64,000 nucleotides of DNA, taken from the NCBI GenBank assembly GCA_964016885.1, contig OZ024763.1:3968001-4032000 (forward strand), read 5' to 3'. The notes below the pieces were generated by a model. That model was not told the DNA's origin, made no database searches, and saw only the letters and a list, made by a program, of their open reading frames with translations. The DNA comes from Eledone cirrhosa. Taxonomy: Eukaryota. A program made the position numbers and the translations under genes. How positions within the stretch are numbered: position 1 is the stretch's first letter; each line of letters starts with the position of its first letter. Below are positions 14,871-28,973 of the stretch, piece by piece.

Positions 14871-15197
14871 AGTGTGTGTGTGTGCAGTTGTATTTTTACT
14901 CTCACACACACACATATATATACACATTGTGTGTGCATGTGTGCGTGTGTGTGCATGTGTGCGTGTGTGTGCATGTGTGCGTGTGTGTGCATGTGTGCAT
15001 GTGTGTGTGTGTAGTTGTATTTTTACTCTCTCTCACACACATATATATATACACATTATGTGTGCGTGTGCGTGTGTGTGTGGGGGTAGTTATATTTTTA
15101 CTCTCACACACACACATATATATATATATACACACATTGTGTGTGCATGTGTGCGTGTGCGTGTGTGCATGTGTGTGTGTGTAGTTGTATTTTTACT

Positions 15198-15235
<38 letters not shown>

Positions 15236-15289
15236 GACATTGTGTATTTGTATGCATATGAAAATGAATGTGAGTAAGAGGAAATATGT

Positions 15290-15885
15290 GGTAGAGAACA
15301 TCAAGAAGCTCGATAAGATTATGAAGGTGGACGGGAAGGCGCTAGGGGCTGGTTGAGGGCTTCGTGTATCTGGGAGCAAAGATTAGGAAAAAAGAAGACG
15401 ATGTGGTTGAGAGGAAGAGCAAAGCCTGGGCGGCGTGTTACAGTTTGAGGTCCGTGTGGAAGTCTGACCTTCGTAGGGACCTGAAGATCCGTCTCTTCGT
15501 TGCTGTAGTGGAGTCTGTGCTGCTGTACGGGTCTGAGACTTGGTCACTGACCAAGATACTCACTCAGATGGTGGATGGGTGCTACACGAGAATGCTGAGG
15601 ATGGCTCTGAACATTAATCAGTATACACTGAGGATGAAGAACTCAGAGCTGTACGGGAGCCTCGCAAAAGTTAGCTTGAAAGTAACACAGAGGATACTGA
15701 GGTTAGCTGGACATGCTCACTGACATCCAGAGTTGACACTGCACTCAGTGCTCCTGTGGGAGCCCCTCCACGGACTCACTGCAAGAGGGGGACCATGGAT
15801 GACATGTTGATGCCCTAAGGACAGACACTGGTCTCTGGAAGGCCCGGGACATAGCGGCGATGACGAAGGACAGAGACCGCCCTAG
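15290..15885 (+). mobile_element. RTE-clade LINE 3' fragment
   Basis: YLGA...KAWAACYSL..VWKS...KIRLFVAVVESVLLYGSETW...DGCYTRMLR...RLAGH. Confidence 0.85.
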
Positions 15886-16108
15886 ATAGATATATGTGTG
15901 TGTGAATGTGTGCGTGCGTGCGTAGAATTCTCTGATGAGGACACAACAATACCTGAAATGCACAAAAATAACCTCATGTTTTTATCTGCCAGTAGGAACA
16001 GTTAAAAGTATTTACACTTCACGTTTCCATGTTCTCTTGCCATCAAATCAGTATTTGTATCTAAAGTTTACCTTTAAATGTACGTTGTGTGCGTGTGTGT
16101 GTGCGTCT

Positions 16109-16146
<38 letters not shown>

Positions 16147-16210
16147 CTGTGTCTGTGTGTCTGTGTCTGTGTGTCTGGGCGTATGGGTGTCTGTGTACGT
16201 GTGCGTCTGT

Positions 16211-16268
<58 letters not shown>

Positions 16269-16280
16269 TGTGTGTGTGTG

Positions 16281-16325
<45 letters not shown>

Positions 16326-17699
16326 TGTGTGTGTCTGTGTGTGTCTGTGTGTCTGTGTGTCTGTGTGTCTGTGTGTCTGTGTGTATGTGTATCTGTGTGT
16401 ATGTGTATCTGTGTGTATGTGTATCTGTGTGTCTGTGTGTGTAGTGTGTGTGTGTCTGTGCGTGTGCGTGTGCGTGTGCGTGTGCGTGTGCGTGTGCGTG
16501 TGTGTGTGTGTGTATGTATGTGTGTATGTGTCTGTGTCTGTGTCTGTGTGTGTGTGTTTACTCATAGCAGAGATCTCTATTTGAATCACGATTTCATTCA
16601 ATCGGAATTAAAGTCGATTATTCACGCGGACGGATTTAGAAAAAAATGACTGATATATCTTTTAAAGAGCATTTAGTGTTCTTTCAAGTAACGGTGGGGT
16701 CATCGACATCAAACAGCATTGCTACTTATCTTACAACGGGAGTGTGTTGTGAAGTTCACCAGGAGGAATTTAGGTTATGTCGGCAGGTGGAAATAAGTTG
16801 AAGCTTCTTTTTTTTCTTTTTTATTCTTCCTTGTTGTTGTTGTAATTGAAATTGGAAGCCGAATGCTATGAAGTGTCCCTGTAAGATCATTAATCAATCA
16901 CAGTTCTAAATGCTTGTGTCTTATGTAGTATCGACCCCCAAATAATGCTACTGGTTGTTTTCACCTTTATCTCAAAATGTATTTCTGATGTGGCGGAATG
17001 AGAACGTGTTGGTGCAGGCAACTTTTCAAGTGGTTCTCCGTTAGTCTTATATATAGCTGGTTGTCTTGAAAAAGACATCATCACAATCATAATAATGGGG
17101 GTCTTATATAGGCACAAGGCCAGCAATGTGGGGGCAGGGGAAAGTCGATTAAATCGAATCCCAGTGCGTGACTGGTACTTTATTTTATCGACCCCGTAAG
17201 GATGAAAAGCAAAGTTAACCTCGGTGGGATTTGAACTCGGAATGGCAAGGGCCGTAACTCTATGCGTCAAAGAATGGCGTCCGGCCCTCTACCGATACTG
17301 CCAATATAATAAGGATTTCTAGTATAGGCACAAGAGCAGTAATTTTTTTTTTGGGGGGGGGGGGGGCGTCGATTAGATCGACCCCAGTACGTTACTGGTA
17401 CTTTATTTTATCGACCCCGTAAGGATAAAAGGCAAAGTTAACCTTGGCGGGATTTGAACTCGGAATGACAAGGGCCGTAACTCTATGCTGCAAATAATAA
17501 TAATAATAATAATACTGCTGTTAATACTCTTAATATTACTACTACTTGGTAGACACAACTGAAGGACTAAAGAGAGACCCCCCCCCCCCCCTCCTTTGGT
17601 CAAGACTTCATCGACTTTTTCAAATTCGATTTGAGAAGGACGTGCTGACATAAAAGTACATTATATCTAAGAACCACAATTAGCCAAGCATCGAATGAA

Positions 17700-19115
17700 T
17701 AAACATACACACACATGTACACCAGGACCGAACACAGAGGAGCCAAACTCCCACTGTCATCACCTCCGTCTCTCTCGTCCTCCCCATCACACACATGTAC
17801 ACCAGGACCGAACACAGAGGAGCCAAACTCCCACTGTCATCACCTCCGTCTCTCTCGTCCTCCCCATCACACACATGTACACCAGGACCGAACACAGAGG
17901 AGCCAAACTCCCACTGTCATCACCTCCGTCTCTCTCGCCCTCCCCATCACAGACATGTACACCAGGACCGAACACAGAGGAGCCAAACTCCCACTGTCAT
18001 CACCTCCGTCTCTCTCGTCCTCCCCATCACACACATGTACACCAGGACCGAACACAGAGGAGCCAAACTCCCACTGTCATCACCTCCGCCTCTCTCGCCC
18101 TCCACATCTCTCACGTACACCAGGACCGAACACAGAGGAGCCAAACTCCCACTGTCATCACCTCCGTCTCTCTCGTCCTCCCCATCACACACATGTACAC
18201 CAGGACCGAACACAGAGGAGCCAAACTCCCACTGTCATCACCTCCGCTTCTCTCGCCCTCCACATCTCTCACGTACACCAGGACCGAACACAGAGGAGCC
18301 AAACTCCCACTGTCATCACCTCCGCCTCTCTCGCCCTCCACATCACACACATACACCAGGTCCGAACACAGAGGAGCCAAACTCCCACTGTCATCACCTC
18401 CGCCTCTCTCGCCCTCCACATCACACACATACACCAGGACCGAACACAGAGGAGCCAAACTCCCACTGTCATCACCTCCGCCTCTCTCGCCCTCCCCATC
18501 ACACACATGTACACCAGGACCGAACACAGAGGAGCCAAACTCCCACTGTCATCACCTCCGTCTCTCTCGCCCTCCACATCTCTCACGTACACCAGGACCG
18601 AACACAGAGGAGCCAAACTCCCACTGTCATCACCTCCGCCTCTCTCGCCCTCCACATCTCTCACGTACACCAGGACCGAACACAGAGGAGCCAAACTCCC
18701 ACTGTCATCACCTCCGCTTCTCTCGCCCTCCACATCTCTCACGTACACCAGGACCGAACACAGAGGAGCCAAACTCCCACTGTCATCACCTCCGCCTCTC
18801 TCGCCCTCCACATCTCTCACGTACACCAGGACCGAACACAGAGGAGCCAAACTCCCACTGTCATCACCTCCGTCTCTCTCGCCCTCCCCATCTCTCTCTA
18901 TTATGAGCAAATGGGGTCTCAAGTGCTGATCGCCCCACGGCCCCGACGGACAGAGTAGAGAAGGGGTTTCCCCGGAGGACGTTGAGGGAGATGTGCTGGA
19001 AGAGCCATCCCATCTCGCGAGGCTCGCACCTGCGACTCGCCAGCTCAGCGCCTATGGTGGTGTTTAGGGAGGTAGCCCTAGGGCCAAGGACACCAGAGGT
19101 TTCCACTGCTAGGAG
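17700..19115 (-). mobile_element. CRE-clade element 3' end with tandemly amplified 3' UTR segment
   Basis: [11 protein letters not shown]...REMGWLFQHISLNVLRGNPFS matches the restriction-like endonuclease C-terminus; homologous to 51660-51950. Confidence 0.65.
17706..18890. repeat. 78-80-bp tandem array (about 15 copies)
   Basis: Unit ...GTACACCAGGACCGAACACAGAGGAGCCAAACTCCCACTGTCATCACCTCCG... Confidence 0.95.
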
Positions 19116-20573
19116 CTGAAACTTAGGGGAATGTAGGAAGAATGGTTCACCCTAAAGGCTGGTAAGTTGTGAGAGAAGACGCGGACCTTTCTATGGTACT
19201 CTTGGCGATCAGGGTGGTTTCCGATCTATGGAGTTCGCCCACGGGTAATACTCCCCCCCCCCCTATTAGGGAATTCTGTTGATATTAATTGTTGTTTGAT
19301 TTATTGTTGTTTAGTTTACACCTTTTTATTGTCCTTTGTGGCAAATAAAGATTTACTACTACTACCACTACTACTACTACCACCACTACCATACTTACTA
19401 CTACTACTACCACCACTACTACACTTTTTACTACTACTACCACCACACTTATTACTACTACTCCTATTATTACAACTACTACCACCACTATTATTACTAC
19501 TACTATAACTACCACCATTATCACACTTATTACTACTACGACTACCACCACTACTAAGGAAAGCGGAAATAAGAAAGAAAGGAAAGAAAACAAAGAAAGG
19601 AAAGAAAGGAAAGGAAAGAAAAGAAAGGAAAGAAAAGAAAGGATATGGAAATGTAAAAAGGAAAGAAAAAAGAAGAGAGAATGAACAAAGAAAGAAAGAA
19701 AGAGAGAACAAAAGAAGTGAGAGCTGTGTTCTCACGGTGTGCAAGTGAAATAAGTGCAGTTTTATCAAACAAACACTTAACCCTCTTGACACCAAACTAC
19801 CTGCTACTACCATACCAGTTGCTTTTAAAGTGTTCCTATTTATATCTATAAACTTTCCCTCCTAATTTTGTTTGCTGTTATTTCTAAAACGGACGTAGAG
19901 GCAGAATACTCAGACACACCATAGGGTCCCATCTAAGGTAACTCTTTCTAAATGATTCAGATGGAAATCCATGCGAGACCAACCGAGCTTATGGATGTTA
20001 TCCAGCCATCTTGCATGTGGTCTCCCTCTGGGTTTTCTGTCGGTTAAATTTGTCCGTAAAATCTGTCCAACGAACATTCTAACACCCTATCCAGTAATGG
20101 GGTAAAAGAAAAAATTTGTTAGGTTATAATCCACCTCCACCTCCACCCCACGCCCTTAACTGCAGATGGATTCGTAGGGTCACCATCCTGACATACGCAT
20201 TTTAAACTTGACAGAGACCAGAGTTTAACATCTCATAAAAAAGAAAATTGATTTCACGAAATACTATATTGGCAATTGACGTCATTCGCGTAGCAAAAGT
20301 TTAAATCAAAATCTAAATTTTATTTCAAAGAGAGGAAATTGGAACTTTATTAGAACAACAACAACAAAACAAAGATTACCAGGTAACTTATTTTTACTTT
20401 TTGTTACCTCTTCTTACAGTCCTTTTGCATTGTTCTATCTCTTTCAACGCTATATATATATAGATATAAAAATTCGGGTATGTTTAGACCTGGAGAGGGT
20501 TGGGCTCCGCCAGGTTTCAAAGTGCCCTAGACACGTTTTTTTATAGTGCCCCTGCGACTCCACAAGGAGTTAT

Positions 20574-20629
<56 letters not shown>

Positions 20630-20999
20630 ATAACTCCTTGTGGAGTCGCAGGGGCACTATAAAAAAACGTGTCTAGGGCACTTTGAAACCTGGCGGAGCC
20701 CAACCCTCTCCAGGTCTAAACATACCCGAATTTTTTCTATAGAGGAAGAATCGACCCTGTACTGGACTGGTACTTTTTTATCGACCTCGAAAGGATAAAA
20801 GACAAAGTTGGCTCCGGTGAGATTTGAACTCAATGAGGTGGGACGAAAGCATTCTACCCGACGTCTTAACGTCTGCCAATACGCCGCCTAATTATATATA
20901 TATATATATATTAGAGATTGGAGGCGGTAAAAACCAGTTAGACCATTACTTACCAGGGTACCTGATACTTGGGGTAGTAGAGTGGGTATATATATATTA

Positions 21000-21530
21000 T
21001 TTCTGTTCATGCACGGGACAAAAGCGCTTACCAAGGTTTCAAGGTCAAAATTTGACCACACCCCCGAAAAATAAGAGGCATCAAAATAGTCATTAAAGAA
21101 ATCTGTCCTCTCCCACAGAATTGTAATATCAAATCCATTGTGTATGAGACAGAGATTACACATAACAGAGAAGATTCTGAAGTTCGCGAAAGATACGTCG
21201 GTATGGTGCAGTATTGATTTAAACAACGTTTTTACACGCATTTCCACTCCTTCAAAAATCCTGATATGAAAACCAGTACAGCCCTGGCGAAAAAATCTGG
21301 CATTTAAAAAAGAAAAAGGCGTCCCGCATAAGATATCTTGGAAGGTAGTTGAAAGATCCAGGTCTTACACCAACGGTACCAAGAAATGTAATCTCTGTTT
21401 GTGTGAAAAATTTAGGATATTACAAGGTTTGTCATCTCCGAACAATATTTACTTGAACTCAGAGTGAAATTTTTAGAGGATGCCTCCATCTCAAAACTCA
21501 ACTGCTTGCTAGGTGGAAATATTTAACAAA
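21000..21530 (+). pseudogene. Penelope-like element GIY-YIG endonuclease C-terminal remnant
   Basis: Manual translation across frameshifts: CSC...ICPLPQNCNIKSIVYETEI...RYVGM..FKQRFYTHFHSFKNP...TALAKKIW...ISWKVVERSRSYTNGTKKCNLCLCEK...LNS.SE. Confidence 0.8.
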
Positions 21531-22794
21531 TAAGACTGATTTTCAACCACCTTAATTTGATTTATGTACTTCCGTTATATCTCTTCTTTTTCTTTCTATT
21601 TCCACACTTACATAATACAATACTTTCTATATTACACTACTCCATACCTTGATACATATTACCATCTCTATATTACATTCCATCACATAATACAATACTT
21701 CTGCTATGGTATACGAACACAAATACGTGGTTGATCTGATAATCCATATTTACATTTTGGAGTTATTTCCCTTTGTTTTTGACGTTATCTTTCACAAACA
21801 TGCAATCTTAGAAACATTTACATTTAACGGTATCTTATAAACTCGTATTAGCACCTAAAGAACGGTCACATATATATTTACACACACACACACATATATG
21901 TAGGTATGTACATACATACATATATATATATGTAGGTATATACATACATACATATATATATATGTAGGTATATACATACATACATATATATATGTAGGTA
22001 TATACATATATATATATATATACACATATATATATATATATACATATATACACATATATATATATATATACATATATACACATATATATATATATATACA
22101 TACATATATACACATATATATATATATATACATATATACACATATATATATATATACATATATACATATATATATATACATATATGGTGGCTGCCAACTC
22201 GTTTTCGAGTACGGCCACTACTTTATATCCATGTAGGAGAACCCCTACCGATGCGCTAAACGAGTGTGACTTTTTAGTCCAGCCAGTGACTTGAAAACTC
22301 TGGTACAAACACTACACTTGTGACAATTATTGACACATAGTGCTGGGCCCATGGTACCATGTGACGACAAGTGCAGAGAGATCTCCAGATATAAAGCAAT
22401 GCCTGTGCCGTGAAGCTTTTATAGTGAGCAAAGGCACTGCACAAAGCCAGTCCCACTCTCTTAACCAAGATGATATTTACCAAAAAGAAGAACAAGTCAA
22501 CATCATTGGATACCATCAGGGTTGCAGGTGTTATATCAGAGTTTTCCTTCTCCTAGAATTCTGCCTTGACAAAGGCTAAGGGGTCATCTCTCCCGGTGAT
22601 TTTGGAAGGCCATTGACTCTTAAGAGCTCCTTTGCCCTTTGACAGGTTTTGTTTTTAGTCCTGCAGGATGTCCAAAGTCACCCTCCTCACCAAGAAGCCT
22701 TGGTGGGGTTGTCAGTTTAGTCGCCAACGGCCCGACCATGAGACAGGTTGTACTGGGATACATGTTACCAGTAGCACCAACTGGTGACCTGACA

Positions 22795-22842
<48 letters not shown>

Positions 22843-22964
22843 CACATATATATAACCAAAGTTTATATGGTTCGTTGATTATTCAACGAATTCAATTTTA
22901 CAATAGATTAGAAGCACTCGACTGCTTTATCTGAAGTATCTAATATTATTCAAAATATTAATAC

Positions 22965-22998
<34 letters not shown>

Positions 22999-23001
<3 letters not shown>

Positions 23002-23083
23002 CTGACGAGCCGCGGATTACAGATTCAGGTCAGATCGATACAGATCGAACCTTGAGCTGGTCAGTGGCGAAACGCGCGTCACC
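22999..23083 (+). ncRNA. Type I hammerhead ribozyme with long stem II
   Basis: GGT-CTGACGA-GCCGC...CAG.TTCAGGT...ACCTTGAGCTG...GTGGC-GAAA-CGCGCG-TC-ACC; palindromic stem III and GUC site; stem I is truncated by the flanking (TA)n. Confidence 0.75.
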
Positions 23084-23134
23084 AACCAATAAACGTAATG
23101 AAGGAGTAACCAATCGTCCTTGTTTTATCTTATT

Positions 23135-23173
<39 letters not shown>

Positions 23174-23176
<3 letters not shown>

Positions 23177-23568
23177 AGGTGAGTAATATTGTAGAACAAT
23201 AAAACTATGCATATATCAGATAAGTAGCACTCAACAGTTGGTAGAACTGGAGTATATATATAAAGAAGAAATTAAAAGATGGTTTAAAAAGTTCCATATA
23301 TTTTATTATGCGCATTTCGAAAACAACATCATCCTGGGACAAACATTGTGTTCTCATCAGATAAAATAAGGTAACATGATATGAGGCCTAAAAACACTTG
23401 TGAACATATGTTGACTGGACACTTTCTTGTTTACAAGTGTTTTTAGGCCTCAAATCATGTTACCTTATTTTATCTGATGAGAACACAATGTTTGTCCCAG
23501 GATGATGTTGTTTTCGAAATGCGCATAATAAAATATATGGAACTTTTTAAACCATCTTTTAATTTCTT

Positions 23569-23572
<4 letters not shown>
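23174..23572. mobile_element. Hammerhead-bearing fold-back element (family also at 6063-6327)
   Basis: About 140-bp inverted arms (about 23262-23402 / 23432-23572), each with a hammerhead; (TA)n on both sides. Confidence 0.7.
23466..23535 (+). ncRNA. Type I hammerhead ribozyme (inverted twin on - strand at 23299-23368)
   Basis: TATTTTAT-CTGATGA-[long stem II]-GAAA-TGCGCA-TA-ATAAAATA; perfect 8-bp stem I, palindromic stem III. Confidence 0.8.
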
Positions 23573-23611
<39 letters not shown>

Positions 23612-23892
23612 TATATATATATATATATATATAAACATGGACACGTGTATTATGTAAGCTGATGAGGTACAGAAAATCTGCCCATGTGTTCACCTGCATC
23701 TTGTGTGTTTTAAGGTGTTTGTGTTAATGTGTGTAGGTCTGTGTTAATGGGTATATATGTGTGTGTTAATACATCTGCGTGTGTAACAGCGCTTGATGTG
23801 TTAGTGTGTATGAATTCATATATACGTGTGTGTGTGTGTGTGTGTGTGCTTGTGCGTATGTGTCGGCAAGTATGTAACACGGCATGTATACT

Positions 23893-24004
<112 letters not shown>

Positions 24005-24058
24005 TGTGCGTATGTGTCTGTGTCTGTGTCGGCAAGTATGTAACACGGCATGTATACT

Positions 24059-24097
<39 letters not shown>

Positions 24098-24172
24098 ATG
24101 CTTATGTGTGTGTGTGTGCATGCTTGTGTGTATGTGTCTGTGTGGGCAAGTATGTAACACGGCATGTATACT

Positions 24173-24233
<61 letters not shown>

Positions 24234-24541
24234 ATGCTTGTGTGTATGTGTCTGTGTGGGCAAGTATGTAACACGGTGTGTATGCTTCAACGCGTGTGTG
24301 TGTCTGTGCGGTAGACACTATTTTTCTAATTCTAAATTTTTTGATAAAAGAACGCTTGCATTTTGCATGTCACCCATAGTGACGTCACAGGTTGTCATGA
24401 CAACAATTCATGTCACCGTGACAACAGAAAAATACTATTGAGGAAAACAATTGTTTGCATGGTCCCCCCCACACAAAACCCACCTTTTCTTTATCTCACT
24501 TTGTCACTATTGTCCTCTATCTTCTGCTTCTCATTCTCTTC

Positions 24542-24609
<68 letters not shown>

Positions 24610-24767
24610 AAAAGGTAAGACCCCGACGGCAGAGCTCAAGCCGAAACCGGTACAAATAATGTGGAAATTACTATATTGTAAATAAATGTTTTGATGTTAT
24701 TCTGATAGAAAATCCCTTTACCATTTTCTACTGTTTTTTTCTTTTTTACTATTATGTATATATATAT

Positions 24768-25180
24768 ACGATATTAAACAAATGGAAACTATATTTATAT
24801 TTATAAAACCATATTTATTTCGTTATATATATTTCTGGGATATCATATTAAAAATATGTTATGCCTTCCTCAGACAAAATACAATACATAAGCTGTTTTA
24901 TAAATAATTAGTGACATACCTTGTGATAATGCAACTTCCTTTTAAAAAATTGATTTGGTAGTGCTTATGTATTGTATTTTGTCTGAGGAAGGCATAACAT
25001 ATTTTTAATATGATATCCCAGAAATATATATAACGAAATAAATATGGTTTTATAAATATAAATATAGTTTCCATTTGTTTAATATCGTAAACCTACTCCA
25101 GAAACTGTTGAGTGCTTTTATATCAGTTATAAAATATTTACTCGTTGTAACCCAACAATCTTAAATAAAACTTTTGCATA
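24768..25180. mobile_element. Hammerhead-bearing fold-back element
   Basis: About 125-bp perfect inverted arms (24768-24893 / 24963-25088) plus a tail; (TA)n flanks. Confidence 0.7.
24975..25040 (+). ncRNA. Type I hammerhead ribozyme (inverted twin on - strand at 24816-24881)
   Basis: TATTTTGT-CTGAGGA-[AGGCATAACATAT...ATATGATATCCCA]-GAAA-TATATA-TA-ACGAAATA. Confidence 0.7.
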
Positions 25181-25196
25181 TATATATATATATATT

Positions 25197-25525
25197 TAAA
25201 GGTTAAACAAGGTTCAATGAATAAATCAAAGAATGAGTTTTACAATAGATTGGAAGTACTCAACAGTATTGGTTTTCCGGAGTTATTAATATTAATTCAA
25301 AATATTAACAAAAATAGACATTCTTGTGATCAAGTATATTTTATTATACATATTTCAGAGGTACCATGACTGAATCTGAAACCATCTACTATGTCAGGGT
25401 ATGCATCATTTTATTTTATCTGATGAGGACGTACTGTTGAAGTTAGCTCAGTACCTCTGAAATATGTATAATAAAATATACTTGATCACACGAATGTCTA
25501 TTTTTGTTAATATTTTGAATTAATA
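25197..25525. mobile_element. Hammerhead-bearing fold-back element (family also at 4405-4600 and a tail fragment at 22855-22965)
   Basis: Inverted copy of the 3' end (about 25289-25364) facing a longer copy ending at 25525; TA flanks. Confidence 0.65.
25412..25478 (+). ncRNA. Type I hammerhead ribozyme
   Basis: TATTTTAT-CTGATGA-GGAC-GTACTG(TTGAAGTTAGCT)CAGTAC-CTCT-GAAA-TATGTA-TA-ATAAAATA. Confidence 0.72.
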
Positions 25526-25755
25526 TATATATATAGGAAATTAGTCAGAAACCCGACGTATGTGTACATATATATGTATATATATAGAATGTGTACATAT
25601 ATATGTATATATACGTCTTTTCTAACGTCCTTTTGGACATCCTTTGTTTTTATTTGTAGATTTTTTTTATGAATAAAAAAATTATATAATTATTTATGAA
25701 TGACAAAGAGAATAATAAAAGCTAGGTACACTATAAGACGCCATCACTGCTGCCC

Positions 25756-28704
25756 TACAATATAGTACAGCATCATCCAACACTATAGTACAGCATCCAA
25801 CACTATAGTACAACATCCAACACTATAGTACACCACCATTCAACACTATAGTACAACATCATCCAACACTATAGTACAACATCATCCAACACTATAGTAC
25901 AACATCCAACACTATAGTACAACATCATTCAACACTATAGTACAACATCCAACACTATAGTACAACATCATCCAACACTATAGTACAACATCCAACACTA
26001 TAGTACAACATCCAACACTATAGTACAACATCATCCAACACTATAGTACAACATCCAACACTATAGTACAACATCATTCAACACTATAGTACAGCATCCA
26101 ACACTATAGTACAGCATCATCCAACACTATAGTACAGCATCATCCAACACTATAGTACAACATCATTCAACACTATAGTACAACATCATTCAACACTATA
26201 GTACAACATCATCCAACACTATAGTACAGCATCATCCAACACTATAGTACAACATCATCCAACACTATAGTACAACATCATTCAACACTATAGTACAACA
26301 TCATTCAACACTATAGTACAACATCATCCAACACTATAGTACAGCATCATCCAACAATATAGTACAGCATCATTCAACACTATAGTACAACATCATTCAA
26401 CACTATAGTACAACATCATCCAACACTATAGTACAACATCATCCAACACTATAGTACAGCATCATTCAACAATATAGTACAGCATCATTCAACACTATAG
26501 TACAACATCATTCAACACTATAGTACAACATCATCCAACACTATAGTACAACATCATCCAACACTATAGTACAACATCATCCAACACTATAGTACAACAT
26601 CATTCAACACTATAGTACAACATCATTCAACACTATAGTACAACATCATCCAACACTATAGTACAACATCATCCAACACTATAGTACAGCATCATCCAAC
26701 ACTATAGTACAGCATCATCCAACAATATAGTACAGCATCATCCAACACTATAGTACAACATCATTCAACACTATAGTACAACATCATCCAACAATATAGT
26801 ACAACATCATCCAACACTATAGTACAGCATCATCCAACACTATAGTACAGCATCATCCAACACTATAGTACAGCATCATTCAACACTATAGTACAGCATC
26901 ATCCAACACTATAGTACAGCATCATTCAACACTATAGTACAACATCATCCAACAATATAGTACAACATCATTCAACACTATAGTACAGCATCATCCAACA
27001 CTATAGTACAGCATCATTCAACACTATAGTACAACATCATCCAACAATATAGTACAACATCATTCAACACTATAGTACAACATCATTCAACACTATAGTA
27101 CAGCATCATCCAACACTATAGTACAGCATCATTCAACACTATAGTACAACATCATCCAACAATATAGTACAACATCATCCAACACTATAGTACAGCATCA
27201 TTCAACACTATAGTACAACATCATTCAACACTATAGTACAGCATCATCCAAGAATATAGTACAGCATCATTCAACACTATAGTACAACATCATTCAACAC
27301 TATAGTACAACATCATCCAACAATATAGTACAACATCATCCAACACTATAGTACAGCATCATCCAACACTATAGTACAACATCATCCAACACTATAGTAC
27401 AACATCATTCAACACTATAGTACAACATCATCCAACACTATAGTACAACATCATTCAACACTATAGTACAACATCATTCAACACTATAGTACAACATCAT
27501 CCAACACTATAGTACAGCATCATCCAACACTATAGTACAACATCATCCAACACTATAGTACAGCATCATCCAACACTATAGTACAACATCATTCAACACT
27601 ATAGTACAACATCATTCAACACTATAGTACAACATCATCCAACACTATAGTACAGCATCATTCAACACTATAGTACAACATCATCCAACACTATAGTACA
27701 ACATCATCCAACACTATAGTACAGCATCATCCAACACTATAGTACAACATCATTCAACACTATAGTACAACATCATTCAACACTATAGTACAACATCATC
27801 CAACACTATAGTACAGCATCATTCAACACTATAGTACAACATCATCCAACACTATAGTACAACATCATCCAACACTATAGTACAACATCATTCAACACTA
27901 TAGTACAACATCATCCAACACTATAGTACAGCATCATCCAACACTATAGTACAACATCATCCAACACTATAGTACAGCATCATCCAACACTATAGTACAA
28001 CATCATCCAACACTATAGTACAGCATCATCCAACACTATAGTACATCATCCAACACTATAGTACAACATCATTCAACACTATAGTACAACATCATTCAAC
28101 ACTATAGTACAGCATCATTCAACACTATAGTACAGCATCATCCAACACTATAGTACAACATCATCCAACACTATAGTACAGCATCATCCAACACTATAGT
28201 ACAACATCATCCAACACTATAGTACAACATCATTCAACACTATAGTACAGCATCATTCAACACTATAGTACAACATCATTCAACACTATAGTACAGCATC
28301 ATTCAACACTATAGTACAGCATCATCCAACACTATAGTACAACATCATCCAACACTATAGTACAGCATCATCCAACACTATAGTACAACATCATCCAACA
28401 CTATAGTACAGCATCATCCAACACTATAGTACAACATCATCCAACACTATAGTACAGCATCATCCAACACTATAGTACAACATCATCCAACACTATAGTA
28501 CAACATCATCCAACACTATAGTACAACATCATCCAACACTATAGTACAGCATCATCCAACACTATAGTACAGCATCATCCAACACTATAGTACAACATCA
28601 TCCAACACTATAGTACAACATCATCCAACACTATAGTACAACATCATCCAACACTATAGTACAACATCATCCAACACTATAGTACAGCATCATCCAACAC
28701 TATA
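25756..28704. repeat. 19/22-bp minisatellite (CAACACTATAGTACARCATCATY), about 3 kb
   Basis: Contiguous tandem units with no unique spacers. Confidence 0.97.
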
Positions 28705-28973
28705 GCTGATTTAATCGACTTTCCCCTCCCCTAAAATTGCTGGCCCTTGTACCTAAAGTAGAAACCATTGCTAGCCTCCTATGACCTTCCAAAAGAAGAA
28801 CAATATTTCTATATTTTATCTTTTTCTTTTTTTCTTTACAGATTTTCCACTGGCCATTATTTCTGGCAGACTAACAGACCATTGTCACAGACACTTATCC
28901 AGACTTTCTAATACTCCCTTCCTTCCGGTTGCGGCAACATTTCTTCAGCTCCCTTGAAAAGGTCAACTGACCA

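Noticed and set aside
17695-18958. Three overlapping ~400-aa ORFs
   Set aside because: All three frames are open across an 80-bp tandem array derived from a retroelement 3' UTR; there is no protein-like complexity.
23659-23680. CTGATGA...GAAA hammerhead-like words
   Set aside because: No convincing stem I, II or III pairing; likely chance.
25756-28704. CRISPR-like regular array
   Set aside because: Units are contiguous with no unique spacers, there are no cas genes, and the context is eukaryotic.
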